Source: Patescibacteria group bacterium
GTDB lineage: Bacteria > Patescibacteriota > Minisyncoccia > Phycocordibacterales > PALSA-1337
NCBI GenBank assembly: GCA_040388415.1
Contig: JAZKBV010000001.1
Coordinates: forward strand, 74,369-138,368
DNA: 64,000 nucleotides
Reading direction: 5' to 3'
The position numbers and the translations under genes were made by a program. Position 1 is the first letter of the stretch, and each line of letters opens with the position of its first letter. This document shows positions 1 through 9,515 of the stretch, in pieces. The notes below the pieces were generated by a model. The model was given only the letters and a program-made list of their open reading frames with translations, did no database searches and was not told where the DNA came from.

Positions 1-453
1 ATTCAGGTAATCGTTACATTGCCAAATAGTGCTGATCCTCTAAATGATAAAGGCTATACAATTAAATGTGCCCAAGGGGCGCTTAAAGTCATGTCTGATA
101 ATGCGCAGACGGGTGATTTGTCTATAAATTCACAATCTGTATGTGCGGACACTAATGTCTGGCATAATATTACTGCCGATTTTAATTACAGTACGTCGGT
201 CATTACGGTATATGTTGACGGAAAACAAGTTGCTAGCCTATCTAGTGCAAGTATACCAACAAGGCCAATTGCTGGTATATATATAGGTGCTGAACCAGGG
301 CAGCAGACAAATCCTCAGGCGTATGGTGGACAAGAGTTTTTTAACGGATATATAGATGATGTAAAAATTTACAATGAGTCACTTCTCGCGTCAGAAGTCC
401 AAAAGCTCTATGCCGAAGGTCTCAAAACCCACACTCTAGCCGATAGTAAATAA
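1..453 (+). CDS. C-terminal fragment of a LamG/concanavalin-A-like lectin-domain protein (5' end lies upstream of window)
   Basis: Reading frame is open from nt 1 to the stop at 453 (the listed ORF start at 19 is a TTG inside the frame). C-terminal 'FNGYIDDVKIYN..L...EVQ' resembles Laminin_G_3/ConA-like domain termini. Confidence 0.5.
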   Translation: MQVIVTLPNSADPLNDKGYTIKCAQGALKVMSDNAQTGDLSINSQSVCADTNVWHNITADFNYSTSVITVYVDGKQVASLSSASIPTRPIAGIYIGAEPGQQTNPQAYGGQEFFNGYIDDVKIYNESLLASEVQKLYAEGLKTHTLADSK

Positions 454-478
454 GGTCAGCTTAAATCTCAATCAACCT

Positions 479-506
479 TTGACTCCCTCACTATTTCATG
501 TATAAT
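479..506 (+). promoter_or_regulatory. sigma70-like promoter upstream of rplY (TTGACT-16nt-TATAAT)
   Basis: TTGACT at 479-484, 16-nt spacer, TATAAT at 501-506, about 30 nt before the rplY ATG. Confidence 0.45.
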
Positions 507-535
507 GAGCGCTCTTATTCGTATTAATATATAAC

Positions 536-1195
536 ATGCTTACACTTAACGTAGAAAAGCGAGATATGAAGCAGAACCGCGAGGTTTTGCGACAAAAAGG
601 GCTTATTCCTGCGGTTTTTTATGGACCAAAAGAAGAGACCACGCCTGTCACCATGTCTCTTTCAGAATTCAAGAAAATCTGGAAAAAGGCCGGCGAATCA
701 TCAGTCATCATCTTAAAAGAAGGTTCAAATGAGCATGAGTCTCTCATTCACGACATTGATATCCATCCATTGTCTGGCGAGCCACGTCATGCTGACTTTT
801 ATGTCATTGAAAAGGGCAAGAAGGTCACAGTTCACATCCCACTCGTATATGTTGGCGTTTCTCCAGCAGTAAAGGACAAGGGTGGTATCCTCGTCAAAGT
901 TCACCGTGAGATTGAGATCGAAGCAGCTCCTCGCGACCTCCCACATGAGCTCTCAATCGATATTTCAAAGCTCGTCGAGTTCTCGGATGTTGTTCATGCA
1001 AGCGATATCATCCTCCCAACAGGCGTATCTCTCAAGATCAACCCTGAGGAAGTAGTCACTGCTATCTCCGAGCCTAAGGAAGAGAAGGAAGAGGCTCCAG
1101 CAGCAATCGACATGTCAGCTATTGAAGTCGAAGCAAAGGGCAAGGAAGTCAAAGAAGGTGAAGAAGGTGCAGCTCCTGCTCCAGAGAAGAAATAG
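536..1195 (+). CDS. rplY: 50S ribosomal protein L25, general stress protein Ctc form (long form with acidic C-terminal tail)
   Basis: 219 aa. N-terminus 'LNVEKR...GLIPAVFYG' and central beta-barrel region are typical of L25/Ctc. KEE-rich tail. Confidence 0.85.
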   Translation: MLTLNVEKRDMKQNREVLRQKGLIPAVFYGPKEETTPVTMSLSEFKKIWKKAGESSVIILKEGSNEHESLIHDIDIHPLSGEPRHADFYVIEKGKKVTVHIPLVYVGVSPAVKDKGGILVKVHREIEIEAAPRDLPHELSIDISKLVEFSDVVHASDIILPTGVSLKINPEEVVTAISEPKEEKEEAPAAIDMSAIEVEAKGKEVKEGEEGAAPAPEKK

Positions 1196-1211
1196 TTTTC
1201 CCCAAGTACTC

Positions 1212-1238
1212 AAAAAACTCCCAAACAGGGAGTTTTTT
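1212..1238 (+). terminator. rho-independent terminator after rplY
   Basis: AAAAAACTCCC-aaaca-GGGAGTTTTTT hairpin with T-run. Confidence 0.55.
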
Positions 1239-1255
1239 GTTATACTATATGCACT

Positions 1256-1846
1256 ATGTCTTTCACCAAAAATAAAGGTTTTACTCTCATTGAGTTGCTC
1301 GTGGTCATCTCTATTATCAGTTTGCTTTCAAGCATCATTATGACCGGCGTGGCAAGCGCGCGTGTCAAAGCGTTAGATTCGAAGCGACTACAGGAAACAC
1401 GCGCAATTGATACGGCAGTAAAATTATATATTGAAGACAATGGACATGCGCCCTATCTTGGGGGCACTGCTTGTCAACCTATCAGTGGTACACCAACCAC
1501 TGACCAGGCATATGCTTGCGTCGCAGGTATTCTGACTAATCCTGCAAATTGGACGACATTCCAAGCTGAGATTTCAAAGTATATGCCAAAACTTCCTATT
1601 GATCCCTGCGGCATAGATCCTACATGTAAAGATAAGGGCCTCGAGTACAAGTATATTGCGCCACTTGCTGTACAGAATCAGTGTGGGGGATGTAGCACAG
1701 ATACTCTCAATAAATCATTTGAAACAGCAAAAGGCTCACAGCAAACAGGTATTGTCAGTGGTTATACAACATTGACGACGTTCTATAATCCTCCGGCACC
1801 ATCTAGTGGTGGCGGTGGTGGGGGTGGTGGGGGATATGGAAACTAG
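1256..1846 (+). CDS. type IV pilin / pseudopilin (prepilin N-terminal cleavage-methylation domain) with C-terminal poly-Gly tail
   Basis: N-terminus 'KGFTLIELLVVISIISLL' is the class III signal peptide/N-methylation motif. C-terminus is GGGGGGGGGYGN. Confidence 0.8.
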   Translation: MSFTKNKGFTLIELLVVISIISLLSSIIMTGVASARVKALDSKRLQETRAIDTAVKLYIEDNGHAPYLGGTACQPISGTPTTDQAYACVAGILTNPANWTTFQAEISKYMPKLPIDPCGIDPTCKDKGLEYKYIAPLAVQNQCGGCSTDTLNKSFETAKGSQQTGIVSGYTTLTTFYNPPAPSSGGGGGGGGGYGN

Positions 1847-1868
1847 CCTTTCTTTTAGCTGAAAATCT

Positions 1869-3350
1869 ATGGATAAAAAAATATATTTCACCGGGATTTT
1901 TTTCCTGACAATTTGTCTCGCGGCATATTTTTTGAATGATTATGTGGGTGTAGTGATACATTCCATTATCAATACTATTGCGCCAGGGCGTAGCGACTCA
2001 AAGCCAACCTTTTTCTTTCTCTACGGCATTGTGCTCGCTCTGATATATATTATTTTTTCAACAAAAAAAGAATCAAAGAAGCTCGCTCGTGCCCACATAT
2101 ATCTACCGTTTGTTCTGTGGTCAGGCATCATAGGCTCATTTGGATTGAGCCTCGGCACATACCTGTGGTTCCTCGCAAAGCATCATCTGCCATATACATA
2201 TACGCTCATCGCTAATAACGGAACGTTCACCTCGACTGCTCTTTTGCACAACCATTTTACCAAAGGTGCTTTGGTATTTTTTACACAGTTTTTCTCTTCA
2301 TCGAGCATTCCAAACACAGATTCTGGGTTTGCTTTGCTTGGGCTTGTACCGCAGCCGGTATTCTTTCTCCAAGCTTTACTTGCACTCATAGCTTGTGTTG
2401 CGGTAGTAGCCTACTATCGAACAAAGTTGCAATATGTTCACTCATTGCCGCTCTGGAGAAATATCAGTTTCTCACTTCTGTATGGGCTGTCATCTTTCAT
2501 GGTTTTGAAAAGCATGTTAGATGGAGGCATTTTTGATTCTTCTGCGATACCGGGACTTATTTTCTTTATCGTTATTTGTCAGCAGCACAAACGCATTGCA
2601 AGCATAAGTATTATTTTTCTTGCAGGGTCGCTCATAGCGCTCATGGGGTGGCTGTATTCTACAGGCTATTTTACGGGCGATCAGGACTATGTCTATCATG
2701 TCTATACAATATGCGTTAATGGGGCAGTCCTAGCTCTCTTCTATCTCGCTTTTTCATATAAGCATAATCGGCTGTATGTGCTGACGACGATATTATTGGC
2801 ACTGTTCATCTTTCCTCAGATTGAAAATTATGTCTCGGCCAATGAGTATGCTGACCAATCAGTAAGCGCTGACGGAGCCTGGGTGTCTTCATATGAGCGA
2901 TTGTCTGATGTTCGGTTCACTTATCTTGGCGACGTGGGGCGCTTGCATATCTATCTGTTCACACCACGAACATCGGATGATATCCAGGTGATCGATCTTG
3001 TGCGAGCGAGCGGCTTTTCGCCATCATACACGCCCGCTGTAGCGCTTTATGATCAGTGCCTGCCGCACGCTAGTTTTATAGCGACCGATCTCACGATCCA
3101 CTCGATGGTACCTGTTGAGAATCTTGCGACAGCAACGCCATTGTATACCTTTATGCCGACGCCAAGCGCTTTGTCGGACGCATCGCTCTCTGGGGCATTT
3201 GAGTATCGAAGAACGATCGCTTCTCCGCCATGTTTGCCGATGACGCTTGCCTCATATGTGGAAACGGTCCGAAGCCTCGTCCCTGAACCATTCTTTGTAT
3301 CCGATATAAAAAATAACACTAATGACCCTCTCTCTCATACTACTTTCTAG
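1869..3350 (+). CDS. polytopic membrane protein of unknown function (about 10 TM N-terminal, about 160 aa soluble C-terminal domain)
   Basis: 493-aa ORF, highly hydrophobic N-terminal two-thirds. No recognisable motif (no UbiA NDxxD). Overlaps the next gene by 29 nt. Confidence 0.45.
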   Translation: MDKKIYFTGIFFLTICLAAYFLNDYVGVVIHSIINTIAPGRSDSKPTFFFLYGIVLALIYIIFSTKKESKKLARAHIYLPFVLWSGIIGSFGLSLGTYLWFLAKHHLPYTYTLIANNGTFTSTALLHNHFTKGALVFFTQFFSSSSIPNTDSGFALLGLVPQPVFFLQALLALIACVAVVAYYRTKLQYVHSLPLWRNISFSLLYGLSSFMVLKSMLDGGIFDSSAIPGLIFFIVICQQHKRIASISIIFLAGSLIALMGWLYSTGYFTGDQDYVYHVYTICVNGAVLALFYLAFSYKHNRLYVLTTILLALFIFPQIENYVSANEYADQSVSADGAWVSSYERLSDVRFTYLGDVGRLHIYLFTPRTSDDIQVIDLVRASGFSPSYTPAVALYDQCLPHASFIATDLTIHSMVPVENLATATPLYTFMPTPSALSDASLSGAFEYRRTIASPPCLPMTLASYVETVRSLVPEPFFVSDIKNNTNDPLSHTTF

Positions 3351-3828
3351 CATATATTTTGCATTACCGTGTTGGATATTCAATATGAGCGCGGCTCTGC
3401 TGATTCCGATCGGCCGAACATTTCCTCTGGTACGAAAGCTGAATGTACCGGTTGATTTTGGTTTGATGCTAGGGAAGTCTCGGCTCGTCGGACCATCTCG
3501 TACTTTTCTTGGTCTTGGGGTAGCCATTCTTGTAGGTATCTTATGGGTGTATGTTTCTGACGATTCATATGCTTTGATAAAAACAGTGCTCGCTTTTGTC
3601 GGTGTCGTACTTGCGAGCTTTATCAAACGACGCTTGAATCTCAAACAAGGCGCACCTTTTTTGATTGCCGATCAAATCGACTATCTGCTCTTAGTCGCTG
3701 TGATTTTTTATATCTGCGCTCTAGAGAATATCTTTGTGCTCGGTGCCGCGCTCATCATCACCGCTATCGCTCATCCGATCGTGTGTTATGTAGCATATAA
3801 ACTACACCTCAAAGAGAGCCCCTTTTAG
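3322..3828 (+). CDS. CarS/DUF46-family membrane protein (CDP-archaeol synthase-like, CTP-transferase superfamily related to CdsA)
   Basis: 168 aa, about 5 TM. 'SFIKRRLNLKQGAPFLIADQIDYLLLVAV' and C-terminal 'YKLHLKE' closely match the CarS signature as I recall it (FIKRR..G....D..D). A GK/R-rich loop lies after TM1. Confidence 0.55.
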   Translation: MTLSLILLSSIYFALPCWIFNMSAALLIPIGRTFPLVRKLNVPVDFGLMLGKSRLVGPSRTFLGLGVAILVGILWVYVSDDSYALIKTVLAFVGVVLASFIKRRLNLKQGAPFLIADQIDYLLLVAVIFYICALENIFVLGAALIITAIAHPIVCYVAYKLHLKESPF

Positions 3829-3855
3829 GTATTTTTTGGTATAATCAAGAGACCA

Positions 3856-5196
3856 ATGAACATACGACGTTATTTTTTTATTGCCATTTTGGCTGTATTG
3901 ATGATTCCGGCGACTGGTAGAGCCCAAACTCTGCAGTGTAATACGCCATCCGAAAAAGCTGCTTGTCAGGCGGCACTCGATCAGACCAATGCTGAGCTCG
4001 CGCAGGCTCAAAAAGACCTCGCGTCAGCACAAGCAAAGAGTTCATCTATCACAAATGATATCGCTGTTCTTGATGCAAAGATAAAAGCCGCTCAGCTTCA
4101 GATCAAGGCAAAGAACCTCCTCATCCAGACGCTTGGTACGAATATCGTTCAAAAACAAGATCATATCAAAAGTCTCGATAATCATATAGAAAAAGGTGAA
4201 CAGACGCTGGCGGATCTGCTCCGTCGAACTCGTGAGACAGATGGGTATTCGTTGCCTGAGATACTTCTTTCTCAATCGACCGTGGCAGGTTTTTTCAAGG
4301 ACGTAGATGCTTTTGATTCGCTCCAAGAGAGCCTCCAGCGTACATTTGATGAGCTTCGTACTGATAAGGCTTCAACGGCAGCAGAGAAGTCTGCTCTTGA
4401 GATACGTCAGAATACCGAAGAGGACGCACGTTATGTCATCCAGCAACAGCAGAACAGCATCAAAGCGGATCAAACGGAAAAGCAAAGGCTTTTGTCGATA
4501 AGTAAAAATAGTGAGAAGTCGTATGCGGCCCTCGCAGCCCAAAAGGCGGCTGAAGCGGCAAAGATTCGCGCAGCGCTCTTTCCATTGGCAGGATCAAAAG
4601 CTATTCCATTTGGCACGGCGGTCAATTATGCGAACGTGGTTTATCAGAAGCTCGGTGTCCCTCAAGATTTCCTTCTTGCCATCTTGAAACAAGAAACAAA
4701 TATCGGGGGTAATGTGGGCACCTGTTACATGACGAACCCATCAGATGGTTCAGGTATCAATACGAAGACGAATCAATCAGTCAACAATGTCATGAAACCA
4801 AGCAGAGATGTGCAGTCATTCCTGAACATCGTCTCGTCGCTCGGTTATGACTATAAGACGACGGTTGTCTCGTGTCCTCAGTCGTACGGTTATGGTGGTG
4901 GTATGGGTCCTGCTCAGTTCATCGCATCGACATGGATCCTTTTCAAGGATAGGTTGGCGAGCGCTTTGGGCGTATCAACACCGAACCCATGGAATGCGCA
5001 AGATGCATTCATGGCTGCTGGGCTCTATCTGGCTGATCTCGGAGCAAATTCGCAAAGCTACACTGCGCAAAAGAATGCAGCGTGCAGGTACTATTCAGGA
5101 GGATCATGCAAGACATCTAATGGAAGCTCGTCGTATGGCTCAAGTGTTATGGCTATTGCTGATAGCATACAGAGAGATATCAATCTGTTGCAGTAA
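3856..5196 (+). CDS. secreted coiled-coil protein with C-terminal lytic-transglycosylase-like (lysozyme-like) domain
   Basis: Signal peptide, then a long Q/A/K-rich coiled coil. C-terminus 'LAILKQETNIGGNVG...GPAQFIASTW...AAGLYL' resembles MltB/SLT-type lytic transglycosylase motifs. Confidence 0.55.
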   Translation: MNIRRYFFIAILAVLMIPATGRAQTLQCNTPSEKAACQAALDQTNAELAQAQKDLASAQAKSSSITNDIAVLDAKIKAAQLQIKAKNLLIQTLGTNIVQKQDHIKSLDNHIEKGEQTLADLLRRTRETDGYSLPEILLSQSTVAGFFKDVDAFDSLQESLQRTFDELRTDKASTAAEKSALEIRQNTEEDARYVIQQQQNSIKADQTEKQRLLSISKNSEKSYAALAAQKAAEAAKIRAALFPLAGSKAIPFGTAVNYANVVYQKLGVPQDFLLAILKQETNIGGNVGTCYMTNPSDGSGINTKTNQSVNNVMKPSRDVQSFLNIVSSLGYDYKTTVVSCPQSYGYGGGMGPAQFIASTWILFKDRLASALGVSTPNPWNAQDAFMAAGLYLADLGANSQSYTAQKNAACRYYSGGSCKTSNGSSSYGSSVMAIADSIQRDINLLQ

Positions 5197-5207
5197 ATTG
5201 CAGTAGC

Positions 5208-5233
5208 AAAAAAGCGCCACACGGCGCTTTTTT
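5208..5233. terminator. bidirectional rho-independent terminator between convergent genes
   Basis: GCGCC-acac-GGCGC stem flanked by A-run and T-run. Confidence 0.55.
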
Positions 5234-5239
5234 GTTTTA

Positions 5240-7399
5240 CTAAATTGTGAGTATGACTGGTATAACCATCGGTCTCTTTGCCGTCTTCTGCAACAGATAC
5301 TTTTGCACCGCATCAGTGACATTGTCTTTGACGATATCGAGGTTGAGCGGATTCATACCCTTGGTCGAAGCATCTGCAGTCTCACGGATGAGTAAACGTA
5401 CCTCATGAAGCAACTCCTGTGACTCACGGAGATAGACGAAACCGCGAGAGATGATATCAGGTGACTTTTTGAGTTTACCAGTAGTGGCATTCATAATACC
5501 AAAGATGATGAATATACCATCCTGAGCCAGTGCCTGACGATCACGGATAACTACATCCTGCATGTCACCAACAGAGAAACCGTCGACGAGGACGAGTCCT
5601 GATGCAGCCTTTTCCTTCAACTTTACAAGCTTGGTACCACCGTTTTGGATTTCAATAAGATTTCCGTTGTCTGGAACGACCACATCTGACTCAAGGAGAC
5701 CGTTGGCTTCCTTGGCGATATCACAGTGTGCGCGGAGCATGTAGTGTAAGCCGTGGAGAGGCATAAAGAACTTCGGCTTGATAGCGCGGTGTATCCACGC
5801 TGTCTCGTCGCGGTTGGCATGGCCGGAAGAGTGGATGTCGGCGATGCGATAGTGGAGGACTTTTGCTCCTTGGCGGGAAAGGTTGTCTTTGAGCTTTTGG
5901 ATCGGGCGCTCATTTCCAGGAATGACCGAAGAAGAGAGGATAATCGTATCTCGAGGCGTGAGCTTGATCTTGGCATGCGTCTTATTGGACATGCGGACAA
6001 GCGCAGAAAAATCATTCGCTTGCGCGCCGGTCGTGAGGATAACAATGCGATCAGGTGGATACTTGTCTATATCATCGACTGAGATGATAGTTTCTTTCTT
6101 TGCTTTGAGCAGGCCAAGGTGCTTACAAATCTCGATATTCTGCTTCAAGCTACGACCTTCTATAACAACTTTTTTGTTATAAAGTTCACAATATTCGACA
6201 ATCTTGAGGAGACGCTCGAGGAGAGATGAGAACGTGGCGATGATGAGGCGTCCAGACATGCCTTTGATGATATTTTCAAGGTTCTTGTGCACGACCCTTT
6301 CTGACAATGAAAAACCAGGGTTCTCAACGTTGGTCGAGTCTGCCATGAGGATGAGGACGTTCGTCGGGCTTGCGACAGGATTGCCGTATGAGTTTGTGCC
6401 GCTAACGATAGGGAAGGCACGTTCGTATTCGCCGACTTCTTCAGCAGTAGGTACGCCGTCGACGTGGTCGAGCTTGAGGTCACCGGTGTGAACGATCGAA
6501 CCAAAAGGAGTTTCGATGATGATACCCATTGCATCAGGGATGGTGTGAGTCACCGCAAAGAATCTGACTTTGAGCTTGCCGACAGTAATGGTCGAGTTTT
6601 TCTCAACGACTTGTATGTCGAGCTTTGGCACATGCGCGAATTCCTCCTGTCTCTTCTGAATAAGAACTGACGTAAGAAGACGCGTATAGAGAGGCGGATT
6701 TCCGATACGAGGCATGATATACGGGATGCCTCCGATATGGTCGAGGTGACCGTGAGTGATCAGTACAGCGCGGATCTTGTCCTGGCGCTCTTCGAGGTAC
6801 TTTGTATTTGGCAAGATAAAGTCGATACCTGGCGTATCATCATCTTTGAATTGAAAACCGATATCGACAACGACGATGTCATCGCCATATTGGATAGCAG
6901 TCATGTTCTTACCGATCTCTTCGACGCCACCAAGAGGGATGATACGGACTGAGTCAGCTGCGAGCGGTGGGATGACATCGCCTTCGCGTTTGACGACAGG
7001 CTTGTTTGGACCACGGCGGATAGAGCGAGCTGCATCAGGACGGACGATGTTCATGCGTGTTCCTGCGATATGCTTGTCAGGAAGCGGAGCGTGAGTCACT
7101 GCAACGCTCGTTTGAGGACGAGCGCGGAACTGGCTCGATGCGGGGCGTCTAAAAGGGACTGCCTTGCGAGCGCCACGGCCGAGGACGACACGATGGCCGT
7201 TTGCTTCGCCCAGAGCGACAGGTGGACGTTGTGGAGCAAATGAGCCAGGTGTAGATGTCGATGAAGGTGCGATTGTTCGTGTCTTATTGAAACGATTGTG
7301 AAAAGGTTTGCGTGGTCCAGCGCCAAAAGAGCGTCCAGGTTGTTGTGGAGGACGAGGTGACGGTGACGGCGTATTTGGTTTGTTGTTTTCGTTGTTCAT
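5240..7399 (-). CDS. rnj: ribonuclease J (metallo-beta-lactamase / beta-CASP RNase) with about 150-aa Pro/Arg-rich N-terminal extension
   Basis: 'IIPLGGVEEIGKNM', 'LITHGHLDHIGG' (HxHxDH), beta-CASP region and RNase J C-terminal domain. The N-terminal 150 aa are low-complexity and basic. Confidence 0.85.
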   Translation of the reverse strand: MNNENNKPNTPSPSPRPPQQPGRSFGAGPRKPFHNRFNKTRTIAPSSTSTPGSFAPQRPPVALGEANGHRVVLGRGARKAVPFRRPASSQFRARPQTSVAVTHAPLPDKHIAGTRMNIVRPDAARSIRRGPNKPVVKREGDVIPPLAADSVRIIPLGGVEEIGKNMTAIQYGDDIVVVDIGFQFKDDDTPGIDFILPNTKYLEERQDKIRAVLITHGHLDHIGGIPYIMPRIGNPPLYTRLLTSVLIQKRQEEFAHVPKLDIQVVEKNSTITVGKLKVRFFAVTHTIPDAMGIIIETPFGSIVHTGDLKLDHVDGVPTAEEVGEYERAFPIVSGTNSYGNPVASPTNVLILMADSTNVENPGFSLSERVVHKNLENIIKGMSGRLIIATFSSLLERLLKIVEYCELYNKKVVIEGRSLKQNIEICKHLGLLKAKKETIISVDDIDKYPPDRIVILTTGAQANDFSALVRMSNKTHAKIKLTPRDTIILSSSVIPGNERPIQKLKDNLSRQGAKVLHYRIADIHSSGHANRDETAWIHRAIKPKFFMPLHGLHYMLRAHCDIAKEANGLLESDVVVPDNGNLIEIQNGGTKLVKLKEKAASGLVLVDGFSVGDMQDVVIRDRQALAQDGIFIIFGIMNATTGKLKKSPDIISRGFVYLRESQELLHEVRLLIRETADASTKGMNPLNLDIVKDNVTDAVQKYLLQKTAKRPMVIPVILTI

Positions 7400-7406
7400 A
7401 TATTTT

Positions 7407-9164
7407 TTATTTAAAGATGTTCCATACTTTCTCTGTCTCTACGTACCAGTTGCTGATCGAATTCCAATGGTCTGACGGCGTGGTGATGGAATCGAGATGG
7501 ATACCACCGAGTGTCTTTGGCACTGCATATATAAAGTCGGGAGAATAGAGGAATAGTGCAGGGAGGTCGGCTTGTATCAGCTGGTCGAGCTTGCTGTAGT
7601 CGCTCATCATGACTGCGGTGCTTGCGGTATTTCGTATGTCAGCGAGTAATGTATCTACTTTGCTATTTGCATACTGGGCGACATTCAATCCGGGGGCATT
7701 TCGTTGCGATGAGTGCCAGAAGGCATAGAGGTCTCGATCTTTGCCGATCTGCTCACCGAAGAGCAGGGCGTCATACTTGCGTGTGCGGATGACGTTTTGA
7801 TAGAGGTCAGATGCCTCAAATATCTGCACATCTACTTGCGCGCCCAGAGCGAGCCACTGCGTCTTGAGCATACGAGCTGTAGCTACGAGATCAGGCGTGT
7901 CAGCGGTATAGATATCGAATGAAAGGGTTGTCGAGGCAGTTTTTGCTTTTGATGATTTCTTTTCATATATGCCAGCACCGTTCTTTCTCCAGCCGTTTTT
8001 CTCGAGGAGGGCTTGTGCGCTTCCGAGCTGAGCCGTGACCGAATCTGATGAGTTGCTTGTCTGCAAACCGAGATCTGTCATCAGTCGTGCGGGTATCGGG
8101 CCGTATGCAGGTGTACCATATCCAAAGAGGACATTGTCGATGATCTGCTTTCGGTCAGTAGCCAGCTCGAGCGCGTTGCGAACGACTGGATCGGCGAGTA
8201 CGGCAGACTGAGTTTGATTGAAAAAGACGCCAAAGATGCGGGGAAGTGATGTTTCAAGGACGGTGTAACCCTCAGCGGTATTTGAGGCAAGCTTGTCTGC
8301 GACTGAAGGGTCAATAGAAGGGAGACTATCGATTGTTCCATCATTGAGCGCGCTCAGTGCCCTGTCTTCGCGGGCGAAGAAATAAAAAGAAATGGTGTTG
8401 ATGAATGGACGTTTACCAGCATATCCGCTCCATGTCGTGAGGTGGTATGAAGTAGGGATGCCACCTGAGTCGCGAGCAATGCTGTCTATCTTGTATGGCC
8501 CTGAACCGATGGGTTGTATATTGTATTGGCTGAAAATAAATTGATCGTCGCTGACATTGCCCCAAATATGCTTCGGTATGATACCGATGGTCGTATTCGC
8601 CAAAAAACCGCTGTATGGCTGCTTGAGGATGAACTGTATCTCAGATGCAGATATCTGCTTGATAGTCACATTGGCCCAATCGCCTTGGCGCGGGCTCTTG
8701 AGGGCTGGGTCTTGGATCTTTTGGACTGTAAAAGCGATATCATCAGTCGTGAGTTCTTTGCCATCGTGGAAGGTGAGACCCTTTTTGATGGTGAAGTCAT
8801 AGGTCAATCCATCAGATGACACGGTCCAGGACTGAGCGAGATCGGGGACAAATGAGCCTTTTTCATATTTGGTGAGGCCAGAGTATATAAGCGCATTTAT
8901 GTCGCGGTCGACATCTGATACAGCGATGACTGGATTGATCGTGCGGGGGAGGCCAACTTCACCTTCGCTGAGCTCGCCACCGGTCGCAGGTACTTCTGTC
9001 ATAAAAAGGGCGCTCGCTTTAGTGGCCAGCATGAGCGCTGAGATGATGGCAACGATGACTAAAAAGCCAAAAATAGCCTTCTCAGTCGCAGAGAATTTTG
9101 ATAGATAATTCAATATGTGGGCACCGCGTTTCCAGCGGAATTCTTTTTGGAATTGTTCAGTCAC
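7407..9164 (-). CDS. ABC-transporter substrate-binding protein, family 5 (OppA/DppA-like), N-terminal membrane anchor
   Basis: 585 aa. 'GELSEGEVGLPRTINP', 'LTKYEKGSFVPDLAQSWTVSSDGLTYDFTIKKGLTFHDG' are typical SBP_bac_5. No permease or ATPase genes adjacent. Confidence 0.7.
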   Translation of the reverse strand: MTEQFQKEFRWKRGAHILNYLSKFSATEKAIFGFLVIVAIISALMLATKASALFMTEVPATGGELSEGEVGLPRTINPVIAVSDVDRDINALIYSGLTKYEKGSFVPDLAQSWTVSSDGLTYDFTIKKGLTFHDGKELTTDDIAFTVQKIQDPALKSPRQGDWANVTIKQISASEIQFILKQPYSGFLANTTIGIIPKHIWGNVSDDQFIFSQYNIQPIGSGPYKIDSIARDSGGIPTSYHLTTWSGYAGKRPFINTISFYFFAREDRALSALNDGTIDSLPSIDPSVADKLASNTAEGYTVLETSLPRIFGVFFNQTQSAVLADPVVRNALELATDRKQIIDNVLFGYGTPAYGPIPARLMTDLGLQTSNSSDSVTAQLGSAQALLEKNGWRKNGAGIYEKKSSKAKTASTTLSFDIYTADTPDLVATARMLKTQWLALGAQVDVQIFEASDLYQNVIRTRKYDALLFGEQIGKDRDLYAFWHSSQRNAPGLNVAQYANSKVDTLLADIRNTASTAVMMSDYSKLDQLIQADLPALFLYSPDFIYAVPKTLGGIHLDSITTPSDHWNSISNWYVETEKVWNIFK

Positions 9165-9194
9165 GAAATAGGGCTATATAAAGATATAAATCGA

Positions 9195-9419
9195 CTAGTA
9201 GATAAGGTTCAGGAGTGCAGATGCAGCGAAGAGTATAGCAATGATGATCGTGCCAATGAAAAGCCACTTCTCGAGTCCTCGACGGGTATGATAGGCAGAA
9301 CTGAGGTTATCGCTACCGCCAAATGCGCCACCAACTTGAGCTCCAGTTCTCTGGAGGAGGATGACCGCTATCAAAAAGGCGGACAGGATAATCTGGACAT
9401 ACGGGAGGAGAGACTTCAT
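9195..9419 (-). CDS. secG: preprotein translocase subunit SecG
   Basis: Start moved to internal Met (MKSLLPYVQIILSAFLIAVILLQRTG...GGAFGGS...RRGLEKWLFIGTIIIAILF). Two TM helices with a Gly-rich loop, as in SecG. Confidence 0.7.
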   Translation of the reverse strand: MKSLLPYVQIILSAFLIAVILLQRTGAQVGGAFGGSDNLSSAYHTRRGLEKWLFIGTIIIAILFAASALLNLIY

Positions 9420-9515
9420 TGGGTAGAATATAGCATATGCACCGTATCCATGCAACAAGACGTATATCTATGTGTGATATACTATAGTCTCATTTAATTC
9501 ATCCTCATATACTAT

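Noticed and set aside
5562-7326. Multiple 60-140-aa ORFs on both strands inside rnj (for example 5623-6045, 6160-6534, 6204-6491) and similar antisense ORFs inside valS, gpmI, eno, lysS and the large ATPase
   Set aside because: These are shadow ORFs within well-supported long genes. None shows motif or composition evidence of its own.
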